This document shows, piece after piece, positions 25,692 through 38,483 of a DNA stretch of 64,000 bases. The notes beneath the pieces are model-generated. The model was not told where the DNA came from. It ran no database searches and saw only the letters and a program-made list of their open reading frames with translations. The DNA is taken from the NCBI GenBank assembly GCA_964057225.1, contig OZ059899.1:14322001-14386000 (forward strand). The letters run 5' to 3'. The DNA comes from Auanema rhodensis. Lineage: Eukaryota; Animalia; Nematoda. The first letter of the stretch is position 1; every line of letters starts with the position of its first letter. Both the position numbers and the translations under genes were made by a program.

Positions 25692-28600
25692 TTAGACAGC
25701 AGGTCTATCTGGTCTTAAAGACTCTGGTACCGAGCTGATATCAGTCTGAGATTGTCTTGGACTATCTTCAGATTCTTGAATACTTTGCAAGTCGGATACG
25801 TTGTGAGTAGCTTTCATCTCTGATGAGTTATGACGTGATTCATCCATTCTAAATAATATAAGAACAGTAAATACTAGTTAATTATTACATAATTTAGACT
25901 AAAATAATAATAATATATGCTAAAAAATAAAATATAGCTGATATAACTTACTTATCATAATCACGCGATTTTTGACTATTAAATCGAGGTCTGCTGAATG
26001 ATGAACGGACCATGGTAGCTGTAAGTTGACAAGTTCATGTTATTTAATTAATATTATTATATAAATAAAACATAAAACTATTACAATGATTCTTATTATC
26101 ATTAATTAATTTTTTCCCTTCAATTTGCAAAAATAACTTCATCAAGTATGTGAATTGTAATACGTTAATAGGAAACTCACAAATTCGTCTGACGAATTCA
26201 CCCATTGTTTCTTCTGGCTCAGCTTCTCTGGCCCACTCCTGAAATGACAATGTAAAGTTAGATGACGTGTTCTGATATGATTGATTACTTGAACATCTCC
26301 TTTAGCAAATACGAGATAGAAGATACATCCGAATAAGTCAACACCTACAGCTAGAAGGAAGCAGTATTTCCATCCACCTGGATTCTGAAATTATATATTA
26401 TTACTTGCATATACATTTATTAGGTGTTTTCTCTATAGTTGAGAAAATAAAACAACAAAACAACAAAAAAAGCATGAAAAACAGATTTGTTGTATTAAAG
26501 TTACGTACATCAGCAGTCAGATTCTGGGTAATTAAACCACCCATACCAGCTAGAGCTCCGAAACCGTTGGAGAAGCCCATAAGAATAGAAGCATATCGTG
26601 GAGCAATATCGAAATGATTAACATTAAATCCTGTAAAATGAAAAAAATAACTAAAAAATAATTATAAACACATAATAATAATAATAATCTAAATATAGTA
26701 ACATAAAGCATATATTATATTAAATAATATTTATGCTATTTGTATTTTTATTTGTTTTCTATTTAACTTTATTTTAAAAAAAAATAATTTTTCATTTGAA
26801 TAGAAATAGATATTTTTATATTTTTTCCTATTTTTAATTGATATACAACCGCTGCACGCCAATAATTGAGCTAAAAATAAAACAAATTTGGTAATGTAGC
26901 CAGCTCACGTGATGATGAGATGCTAATCACGTTTACGTCAAACTACAGCATTAAATTTTTTTTCCTTTTTCGTCAAGCTATTTTGATGCGCGCAGTAAGC
27001 TTTTTCTAATTGACAATCTATTAAATAATTTCACGAAAAAATGAGGAGAGATAGAATGAGAAAATAGATTACGGTATAGTTGTTTATTTAGTTTCTACTA
27101 TTTGTTGCAGTTTTTTTTTTCAATTTTATTTTGACTTACCGGCAATACATAAGCCACTCATTCCAGCTGCACTGATAAGACATGTAACTGCTAAAGCTGG
27201 CTCTTTGAGGAAAGCTAGAGCACAGAGGAAAGCTGCTTCACCAGCGAAGCCTATAAGATAGAAAGAAATAATGTTAAAACTCAGTTATGCAAATTAAATT
27301 CTTACCAAGGGTATTGAACATTTTACGAACGTTTCCAGTTTCCATTTTACCGGTTGATCGGAAGTAATCAGCTAACTGACCAGACGCTAATACAGTCAAT
27401 GTCATCATAAGTTGTGGTAGCATTGAAATCAGTCCACTCTGAAAAAGGATACATTTTCATTGTTCAATGTACATATTCAGATAGATCATTCGAGCAGAGA
27501 AAACGATTTGTTTATATCAATTCATCTCTCTATATCAATCGATTTGGACTATACTTACGTTACGAATATCCATATGAAGAACATCTTTCATGTATGTCAG
27601 CTGGTTACCAAGAAGCAAGAAAAAGGTCCATGAACGACAGAAATTACAGATAACAATAGCCCATACAGGTGGTGAGAGTAAGATCTCTTTCCATGGTACC
27701 GTAGTAAGCTGAAAGTATTTTCTTCAAACATCAATAACAAGTGATTATAGCATGATTAGATGTATGCACTTGATGTAGGAAAGTGTATAAAAAATCTATA
27801 AAAATGATGTCGATATGTTGTCAAGAAACTACGGAAAAACACGAACTTCAAGTAAAATCATATGAGATCTTACTACAGTTCACAACGACCTTTTTCTTAA
27901 ATATTTCATGTGAAACTGGTATAACTTACTGTCATATCAGATGTGACAACCGTTCCAACTTTCTCGCTAATATAACGTTTCTCTTCCTCAGTGATGTAAG
28001 TGTGTTCTCTTGGATTTCTAGATGACACAAAACACCATCCTACAGCCCAGGCAATACCAAGTGCACCTACAAAGATATAACTTAACAAGAAGGTTCATGT
28101 TTTTTGCATGTGAAGAAACACAAATATTCAAAAAAGGTGAACATGTTCTTCAGGTTGTCGTAGTACTTATAAACAAATATCTTTTTGACTTACCGAATAC
28201 ATAAAATGGAGCTGACCAGTGAATGTAACTGACTAGAGAAGCTGACACAGGCAAGCCCAACATGACTCCGACATATCCTCCGGTGAATGTGGTAGTGGCT
28301 AGCTTAGATCGTTCCAATGGTGGTGCCCAGTGACGCCAAACTCCATGCATAGCAGGATATGTGACTCCCTGAAACGGGTAAAAAAACAGTTTCTATATTG
28401 CTGTTCAGTCATCTTTAGCAAAAAATTTTTTTTTGATTTCATATTTCGAAACTGATTCTTCTTTTTGCGTCTGTCTTACCAGTGCCAAACCCTGAACGAT
28501 TTGTAAACCCATGACCACAAAGTCAGTGAATGGATGATACTGTAGTCCGATTGCTACTATGATGTTAACCAGACCAGCGAGAAAGACACCGAAGCCAAAA

Positions 28601-29241
28601 ATTCTGAAACAGCATACAAGCTTAAAATTAAGTTTAAGTTTTTCAATTGTGATTTTAGAGTTGTGCAGGCGAAAGTGACAATGAAAAAACATGAGAGAAA
28701 TAATAGTTCTAATAAGCGAAAATATCTGAAAAACTTACTTATTTGGAGCGAATTTAGCAGCTAAAACACCGGCAGGTACTTGTGAAGCAGCATAACCATA
28801 AAAGAATGATGATTCCATCATACCAAGCTCTGTTGGTGACCAGAAAAATTGTTGTTCCTGCAAGATAACAGCAAGGAAATGCTCGAATAAGTTGATATAT
28901 AAAGTACATGAATTGTTCCGTAAGCATCAGTGAAGTTACTAATCATACGATTCTTTGCAACTCCAAAATTCGATCTGATACCGAAAGCAATGGCAAATCC
29001 GATGTGAGCCATGATACATATCTGCCATCTGACCTTTCGTAAGAAGAATTTGTCCTGAAAGAAGCAGATGAGAAACCAAATAAGTAATACGACTTTAAAA
29101 GCTGGAGCTAATAGGTAAAACACTTACTGTTTCAACTAATGAATGCAATTGCTCTTTGTGTTCCCATTTTTTAGTAGAAAATGTCCTTCTAATAGAATCC
29201 GATAGGGCCTCTCCGGCTTTTTTTATGGCTCGACCAACCAT
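25692..29241 (-). CDS. vglu-2: Vesicular glutamate transporter (SLC17), VGLU-2/VGLU-3 type
   Basis: Multi-exon MFS protein: MVGRAIKK...KKWEHKEQL...[10 protein letters not shown]...[13 protein letters not shown]...[26 protein letters not shown]...[14 protein letters not shown]...[14 protein letters not shown]...[25 protein letters not shown]...RPDRPAV*. The WEHKEQL, NHFDIAP and EFVRR motifs match VGLU-2/3 rather than EAT-4 as I recall them. ATG follows a TTGCAG acceptor. Confidence 0.9.
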
Positions 29242-30103
29242 ACTGCAAGAAAATAGAGCATTATACGCTTGTAAACAGTGCAACATTATGTAAAATTTCG
29301 GATACATTTGAAACAATTCGTAGCTAACTAGATTTGAAATACGGAATATAGATAGATTGTACAATAATAATATAAATTAATAAATAACGGTCAATATGTC
29401 TGTGTCTGACCACAAGAGATGACGATGATCTGGTGAAAGGAGAAAAAAAGAAGAAATTTAGCGAAACAGGTGATGATATTATTCTATTTATAGTTATAAT
29501 AATCAAGGATATCGAGTAGAGAAAGATTGATAAGAAATTTATAAAATACAGACATATAATATCTATCTAGAGCAGCAAACACGAGAAAAAAAACATTTTT
29601 TGTTGTTTTTTCTTCAAATTTCTGAGACATCACGAATAGGTAGGAGGAAATGACTCGACCAGTGAAGCACGGTGACGTGAAGCTTTGATGAAGGTAATGT
29701 AATGATAAAGGAAAACGAATAAAAATGAGAGAAGCGAACCAGGGGGAGAAAAAGGACGTACATGGCATTCACTTCCATACCCTCTTCTGCACATTACTGT
29801 CTAGGTGGTAGAGATGTGAACGGGACCAAGTCCAACCAATGAATCAAGCCCAGCCATTTCAATAGAGGCCGCTTTCAAGGGGATGACGTTGAAATACAGA
29901 GAGAAGGAAAACAAGAAAAACAAGAGAGAGAGAAAGAGGTGAACGAAGCTCGATAGAAGAGTTAAATTTGAGAGAATTTGCTAAAAATTTATGATTGTTT
30001 TGTCTTTCTTTTCCTTTCTTTCATTTTTTTTGTGTTTAAGAAGTAAAAGAACGAGAAAGAGAGAACGACATACAAAATGAAAAAGATACGTAGAAATAGA
30101 TAG

Positions 30104-30105
30104 AT

Positions 30106-30169
<64 letters not shown>
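30104..30169. repeat. (GA)n microsatellite upstream of vglu-2
   Basis: Near-perfect GA run. Confidence 0.9.
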
Positions 30170-30172
<3 letters not shown>

Positions 30173-30730
30173 AACTCTGAATAAAGATGAAAACTGAAAG
30201 GTTTAAGAGCTGAAAAAACACATAGCAATATACAGAGACAGAGGATGGCCAACGCCAATGGAAATGATCCTAGTCTCCACTCCCCTTTCGCTTCCTCCCT
30301 CTCTTTCTTTTTTATTCTCGCTCTCTCTCTCTCTCTCTGTCTCTCTCCCGCTCTCTCGTTAAAACATTATGAAGAAACAACGAACAGGCTAGATCAACCT
30401 ATGGAAGATACTAAGAACTGTCTTCTCTTTTTCTGATTCTCATCCTGTTGTAAGATATGGTTAAAGATTGAGAGACCAAGAAAGGCAAGCAAGAGAGAGA
30501 GAGAAACAGACTGAGAAAGAGAAAGAGAGGGGATGGGCAAAAGAAAATGATTGACTGGATGATTAGACGATCAAACCCTGATGATAATGAACAGTGAAGA
30601 CGGCGAAGACGAAGACGATCACACCGACAATGACAACTATGCTGAAATTTATGTTGAAAAGCATGCCATAGGTTCATCAGGTAAAGATGTGTAAAAACGA
30701 TTTCATTGATGTCTTCAACATCTGGGCTAT

Positions 30731-30734
<4 letters not shown>

Positions 30735-30805
<71 letters not shown>

Positions 30806-30820
30806 CTTCTCTCTCTCTCT
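30735..30820. repeat. (CT)n microsatellite, inverted relative to the GA tracts at 30104 and 33232
   Basis: Long CT run with one interruption. Confidence 0.9.
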
Positions 30821-33229
30821 CTGTGTCTGTTCCTTTTCTTAGCTCTTGATATGATCTGATTTCTAATGTCTGCTTGTATGCTACACTATATTATCAAACA
30901 AAAGCTTTGTGAAACATACATAAATAAGAAAAAAGGAAAAAAAAAGAAAATTGTCTTAACGACAAGAAGATTGTTAGATTAAATGTAAAACAGGAAAAGA
31001 ATTTAACACAATAATAATAATTTGTCGATCATTGTTGTCAATTGGTTCAAATCTAATTCGTGTTAAGATGATCATGATGAAGATGATGACGAAGACGATG
31101 CTGATGATGATTATGATTATGATGATAATGATGCTGATAACGATTATAGAGATGAAAAGATGTGTAGTGTAGTACTGCTACTACTGACTAGCATGATCTA
31201 CTCCTCACTATCCTCAGCCTACTTTGTCTTTACAGCATCATTTTCATATTTCATTGCTGCCTTTCAGCATATTGAGCATACATATCAGATATGGAAGCTT
31301 TGGAAAGCGCTATGTTTATGAAGTGAAACATGATCAAGTTCGCAAAATCAACTATGAAAAACTTATTACAAATATGCATTTTGATATAGATATATATATT
31401 AATTGATAAGAGGATATATAGTATAGAAGAGAAAATAGAGAGAGGAATAATAAAAGATATAATGAAAGTTAGACAGAGAAAGGAAGATAGAGAGGAGGGT
31501 TGGAGGGGGAGAGAGAGGAAGAATCGAGTTAAAAGGAGAACAGTGTACAATATAACATGTAGAAGATATCTTATATGAATGTCAACTGTTTCAAATCGAA
31601 AAAAGCCGTTCAGGTTAGACAACAGAGACGACCACGACAATGATACTGATGATGAAGATTTTAAAAAAACAAGATAGAAACCATGTTCTAAAAAGGAAAC
31701 AAAAGCGAAGTTTGTTAAAAAAAGAAAAAAAAGAAAAATTTATCGGAAAACTTTGTGTGATAATAGCTTAATGTTATTGTGATATAATAGCCTTTAAGTA
31801 ATTCTTCATTAGTACAATTTTAAAGAAAAATTTTGAATTTTAAAAGAATTTCCTATAAAAATTTAAAAAAAAGGAAAAGAGAAATGACAAATGAACGATA
31901 AAGATCAATTGAGAAGATAAATTCGACGAAACTATACCAAATATGGAATCATTTGTAATATTCAAGTAATGATGATGATGATGAGTGTAAGTTAGATAGG
32001 TAACGGGATAGGTAAGAAGGTATGTATTGAGACAGAGAAAGAGAGAAAGAGAGAAAGAGAGAGAGAGAGAGGCGTGACTAAAATGACCAAACAGCAGCGT
32101 GAGAATTTGGAAAAATCTAACTATGGCCTGCCCAGTTGTTTTTGATATTTTTCGGTGTTTCTCAGGTCAACCACGTACAAGACCACGAGACCTGACAGAG
32201 CGATGGGACCATGGGTCACAATCTGTCATTCTTGTTGTCGGAACCTCTGATTTTCTGATCTTTCTCACCAGATAGAAGATCATGGCATCATAGTTATGTT
32301 GTCAGACAGTTTCCGCTTTACTTCAATCCTTTTAAGTGAGAGTAAATGATTGGAAAACAGAGGTCATTATAGGATTATCTTCATTCACAAAATCAGAAAA
32401 AAAAGTAGAAGATAATGGAATAAATAAAGAAAAGAAATGAATTATATTTATATTTGATATATTATATTTCTTTTAATATGCTGATGATGACAATAATCAC
32501 TATATGAATGAACAAGTAATAACTGGTCAGGTTCTTAATTCACTCTACCAGCATAGATCTCCCCCCCCCCCCTTCTTCCTAGTCTTCTGCTTCAACTTCA
32601 TCTTCCAAAACACCAACATCATCATCCATATCATTATTATTAGAATGATATCTATTCTTTGCCATACTATCTGTTTAACGTATAAATAGACACATGCCAT
32701 AACTATCATAATATCAACGGAAAATCAAAATTCCGAAAGGAAAATATTGTAATTACAGCGATGTAAGGACAATGATGAAGATGTCCCATATCTCGTGACA
32801 CCTCTCTTACTCTCTCTATCAATCTCATCTCTCTCTCTTTCTTTTCTTTCTCTCTCAACCACTTCATATGTTTCTATTACTATCTATATGTGATATGATG
32901 ACAACAACGAAACTTCACATTCCATCTGTAGCAGTGATGATTGTAGCCATCTATGGCAATGAACCGAACAAATGCTCTCCCGGTCATGATTGGCGATCGG
33001 TTTGGCAAGTAAGGATCATTTTCGTTTTATGAAGTTCAATAAGACAACATCATCTGTTTGCTGGTTTTGAAACAATAAATCATAAACTAATGGGAAATAA
33101 GTTAGGAAAATCTTGATTTGGTAAAGGACCAATTTTATTTCTACTACCTGAACTTCGGTGAGGTCTTATTGTTATTTGCCTAATACACTTTTTGTTTGTA
33201 TCAATGGAACAAGCTCTAAGGTATCAGAA

Positions 33230-33231
<2 letters not shown>

Positions 33232-33288
<57 letters not shown>
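33232..33288. repeat. (GA)n microsatellite
   Basis: Perfect AG run. Confidence 0.95.
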
Positions 33289-33293
<5 letters not shown>

Positions 33294-36200
33294 ATATTCT
33301 ATGAGAGAGCTTAAGAGGTATATAAAAAGTCAGAGAAAGCCAGGACTACAGAGAGAAAGAAATTGAAAGATTGAGACAGAAAGAAGGAGAGGGGTAAATG
33401 TACAAGTTTTCCAGTTCGTATGAAATCGTACTGATTGCTGTCCGGTCAATTTGGAAGTGATGCCAATGAACCAGACAGAACTAGCTTTAGTAATTAGTTG
33501 CAGATATTGGCTTAATTGCTATTAAAAAGATCAAATAATTTTTGGGATATGCTGACTAAGGTTTACAGTGGAATCAATTAATCTCTGAAACTGATAAGGC
33601 CACGAACGGCAATAGCCAATAGATGCCCATCACGAAATGTCAAGAACAAGGTCCACAATTCAATGGAAATATTGATGAAAATTCTAGAAAGTTCATTTGA
33701 AAGGTATGCATGATGAAGTTTACGTGAATATTTCAGCTTTTGTAAATAATTGCTTCCGATTATGATCACTTATCACGTAAGCATTATGAAATTAAAGATT
33801 GTTTATAATGATGATGATGATGAATATGACGAAAAAGATGACGAAAAAGATACATAAATAGTTAAAGAGAGAAAAGAAGACAAGATTTACATACACTATT
33901 TATTATTTTAAAAACAAATTATGAAGAAAGATCGAATGTTCTTTGGTAAAGTTTAATAAAGTCTCAACAGTATGAAAAGAGATCAGAAACAGTTGAATAA
34001 AAGAAAAACAGTAGGACAAGCACTGCTTTACGTCGCTGACGACCCAACAACAGCAAAGGGAAAGTAATTTCATTTTAAAAAAAAATTTTGAAATAAAAAA
34101 AAAATATTTCGCGAACTAACAAACAAATTCTTTAATCGTTGTTGTAGTCTTCATCGTCCACCGAATCTTGTAAAAGAAAAAAAATTTTAAAGGAGACAAT
34201 AAATTTGTGTAGATGATGGTGATACTGACTTCTGATGACGGTAGTGATTGTAACGATATATGTGGAGGTGTGTTGTTCTACTTACCGTATCTTTCAAAAT
34301 TTTCACTTATAGCCTGAGCTGATCTATCACTGGTCACTTTTCGTTCTTTCAATTACATGGAAAAGGCGTTTTTCTTATGCGACTTCAGCCCTAATTTGGA
34401 CAATAAACTGTGCGGCATCTGCATCATGATACTGATGATAGTCGTGGTTGTGGCCGTCGACGACGTCGTTCAACGTGTCCGTTGTCGTCTTTTTGGAGTC
34501 TGTATTCGTTGCTATAGTCGCAATCATAGTCATATATTTCAAATTGAAATATGATTCAAAAAACTGGAAGTCTATCCCAGGTAGATTGTGTCTTAAAACA
34601 ACTTTCCTTCACCAATGCCGCTTGTGACAGTTGAATGAACTATTCGGAAGACTTTGATATTTGATTTTAAATTCTACTTTGTATAATGGATGCTAAGTAA
34701 TGCTTGTAATGTTCTTAGTAAGTTTATATTAACAGGTAAGTTCTAATCGAATGTAAAGAATCTTTTCTGATGATCAATTATGAAACTGAATCTTGATAAT
34801 TAAGAAAGAGAGAGTTGGAAAGAATGACTTATAAAAGAGACAGGGAGAGAGAGACAGAGAGGCAGAGAGAGATTGGGGGGGGGGAGAGAGAAATGAATAT
34901 CATAATATAAGAACGGAAAGAAAATGAAAAACACAGAGAGAAAGAAAAGGATAGAGAGAAACAGATTTAAGGAAAAGAGAGAACGAAAAGCAACATTTTC
35001 AAGAAAAAACAAAAGCAAATAACTGCCAACTTGGATATCACCAATCTCGTTGTTACAAGTTCGTACGAAAAAGTAACGATGTTTATCGATATTGGTCATG
35101 AAACGAAAAGAAGACAAAGGCTTTGGTCGATATGATAACCTCGATTAATAGGGTTTCAAACATCGAAGATCTAGAAAATCTGAAAACAAACTGAAGCCTG
35201 TAGCATTCGTAACCTACACATCTTCTCTCCTTCCGCCGCCGGTTTCATCGTACATGTTCTCATCGCCATACCAGGTCTTGTCTCTTCGACTGTGGCTAGG
35301 ATGATGATTAGGGTAGTATCGGTTAGAATGTTAAACCGTCAGTCGTCGATCATCAAGCTTATGAACTCTTGATGATAAGTCAAAAGTTCAAAAAATTGAA
35401 AAACTAAATGTTTTTTTTTCGAATTTCGAGACAATATCATCTGAGGAAATGGAGATTCTAAAGGTGTGGTTATCGCTTGTTTTTTTTTGGGGTTAACCGG
35501 GAGATAATTCCTACTAGATGGATGAATCTATAGACTATCACATAGCCATCAATACACGTTTGCTATTAGCTTTTTTATTTTTTCTAGTAGATTAGCTAAC
35601 GTAGATTGGAGATGATAATAATGAGATGGCTGAGAGTATGACTCATTTGGTAATAGAAACTGTATCTCCTTCCTTCTTTTCCTCCCTCTCATCATCACCA
35701 TCATCATCACCAATAGACAATACTGGTCACAGAACGGATATGTTCGATAAAAGAAATCAGAAAGAGAGAAAGATAGGATTGGTAATCTGCAGCAGTTCTG
35801 GTCGAAGATGAAAAAGAAAAAGAAGAAGACTATGAAGGGGAAGAGGAAGAGTTGAAAGATAAAGAGGAAGAGGAAGATGAAGATGAAGAAGAAAAGGAAG
35901 ACGAGGGACAATATGATTATTATGATAATGATGATAATAATGCTGATGTTGCTGCTGATTATTATAAACTAGAGACTCAATAGAGAGATAGAGAAGATGT
36001 TATGTATTCTAGAAACAGTGAAAATCACTTAACCAGACACACAGCTAGGAAGGATCTTGAAAGACTAAAAGGATGAAAGATAAAAGAAGACAATATCATC
36101 TGAACGAGCGACGACAATATTCAGAAGAGGTAAACGATCACGACTAGGGACGACGTCGGGATAGCAAAATGAAAGTGAGGTCTTCAGAATGTCGAACAGG

Positions 36201-37105
36201 GCGTGTAACATGTTTAAGAAATTAAAGATAATCCCGGGACAGCTATCACTTTCGTCCTCAGCAGATTATTTGTCAAAAATAAACAGGAACAAAAATAAAA
36301 AACAGTTGGAGGAGGGGATTACAGTTGATAATGTTTTCACAAAAAACGGCCAGCGCCCCCTTGTGTTGTTGTGACTCTAAGAACGGATGTGATCTTATAG
36401 AAGTACAGGTAGGAAGCCCTATGATTATTAAAGAAGAAAATCTTTGGTAAAGTAATTAGATCAAAGAGGCAGAAATGAGAGTGAGAGAAAAAAGACAGAG
36501 AGAGCGAGAACAAGAAAAGAGAGATAAAGTAAAGAGGGAAAAGGATAGAAAAGACAGAGAAAAAGAGAGAGAGAGAGAAAGAGATGTATGGTGTCAACGA
36601 TTCTGGAACACGAAGTAATTCGTCAAACAGATGTTTTCTAAATACAGCAAGCTTTCTACTATTATCTTCCAAATTATCTGCCTACCGTAATGCGAGCAGG
36701 AAGCTTGTCACCTCGCAAATTGTTAGTTTAAGTGATCATTATAAAAATTAGTCGGTTATCACTCCTTGAAAAACACCTCAAATCCTTTTTTTAATAATAT
36801 TTGTTTTTTTGTTAATATTTTTTAAATATTTGTACTTGCGCTTTCATTTAACACTGGCTTGAAATGTAAACGCTAATGTTTTTTTTTAGCAAAATAGCAA
36901 CAGTAAAGTAGTAAGAGTATGTGACTAAGAGATCAGCAGCAACAGAGGCGTTGTAAGAAACAATTCGGATTAAAATATTTAAAAGTAGATGATAACAGAA
37001 GATCAAAGAATTTGTTTCCAAAAAAAGTGCCCCAAAAACCTATGATAACGAAAAATTATAATAATAATGTGCAATTTTTAAAGAAAAGGAGAAATGAATA
37101 TTTAG

Positions 37106-37807
37106 AAGATTCACAGAACAGTGCTGAATGTGACGAAGGACTAAGTGTCCATCAACGAATAGAAGAAGTAGACGAATACGATGAATATGAAGAAAAAAGA
37201 AGAAGAAGGATATTTAGGAAATCAATGATATAAACGATACAACAGGAGCCAGCTGCGGATTGACAGTCACGGCGGATATGAAAAGGATACAAAGAACGAT
37301 GACAATGAGTGAAGACAACTTAGTCGAAGTCATCCACGTCTATATCGTCATCGTCTTGTCTTCACTCATTGTCGTCACCATGCTGTTCCATTGTATGTAT
37401 GATGATAACTGATAATGGGCGGATCTTGAAGATATGTTGACCCTTGTATATTTAGAAGAACTATATTAGAATTCTGGACTGTGAATACGGCTCAAGGCCA
37501 ACGCTACATCTTCGAGCGGTGCAACAATTTCATTCCACTGCGCTCAAAGGTTCAGGAAGCTGATCCCACTGGTCTAGGGTTTTGCTTTCAATTCTGATGA
37601 TTTTTTGGTTCTTCAAATTCTCGGTGTTTAGTGTTTTGGGCATTGCTACAAACTTAAAATCAGATAATTACAACTCAATCTATTATAGTTCTGCCATTTC
37701 TCGAAAATAACCGTTCTCGTGTTGTCCGAAATTTGTCGTCATCACCATTTATTTCCGAAATCATGAAATACGAGCACATTGTAGAAGAGAAGATCTTCAA
37801 TCTTTAA
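37106..37807 (+). CDS. Unannotated small single-pass membrane protein; 5' end uncertain
   Basis: Phase-compatible exons about 37106-37167, 37218-37396, 37456-37571 and 37689-37807 give ...EINDINDTTGASCGLTVTADMKRIQRTMTMSEDNLVEVIHVYIVIVLSSLIVVTMLFHCIRTILEFWTVNTAQGQRYIFERCNNFIPLRSKVQEADPTVLPFLENNRSRVVRNLSSSPFISEIMKYEHIVEEKIFNL*. One clear hydrophobic segment; no family recognised. Confidence 0.55.
37298..37376 (+). repeat. 21-bp inverted repeat (hairpin, 37-nt loop)
   Basis: GATGACAATGAGTGAAGACAA (37298-37318) pairs with TTGTCTTCACTCATTGTCGTC (37356-37376): 20 Watson-Crick pairs plus one U-G pair on the + strand. Confidence 0.9.
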
Positions 37808-38483
37808 AGCGTTCCACCTATTTTTTCAGAAAATTAAATAGCTAATTTCCTTTTATGCATCTTTCTCTCCCTTTATGGTTACATGTTCTTTCTTCTTGAT
37901 CATGATATATTCGGAACGATCAAATACTGTTCTCAAAAATAACTACCAGCTCTGCAAGAGAAAACATTAAGCACTGGTTATCACCATGTTAAAGAAACTG
38001 AAATAGATAGTGATCGAAACAAGCTACTGTCTCTTTCAACCATTGAATCATATTTGACTTTTGATACGCAGCTTCCGTAAATAAAATAAATCATGCAACG
38101 AATGGCATTCTCTACAATTTCATTAAGTAACATTACCCTAGCAACAATTGATCAACAACAAACCGTACAGAATTCACAGAAGTGTAATAATTATGTACAA
38201 GAAACGTGAAAGGTGATAGCGTATGAAGCGCAAAGTACAGTAGCGGAACAGAGTTATTAAGATACGAAATACGAAAAATAGAAAATACAGATAAATAATC
38301 AAGTATAAAATTGAACTGGATTCCATGAGAAAGTTATTATGACAGGTATAATACAGGCGACACTTTTGTGAAAAACACTACAAGCGCAAAAAAATGTCTA
38401 TAACTAAGATACTCATGACAAACTCTTCGCAATATACTTGGGAGCACTAACCTCATCTCAATTACAATACCAGAAATGTTTAA

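Noticed and set aside
26525-26538. GGTTTAATTACCCA (first 14 nt of SL1) on the minus strand
   Set aside because: It lies in vglu-2 coding sequence (G-L-I-T-Q) and lacks the rest of SL1, the donor and the Sm site; coincidence.
25692-29241. Calling the SLC17 gene eat-4
   Set aside because: Diagnostic motifs match the VGLU-2/3 paralogs better.
34749-34760. GAATGTAAAGAA resembling miR-1
   Set aside because: Seed mismatch and no hairpin.
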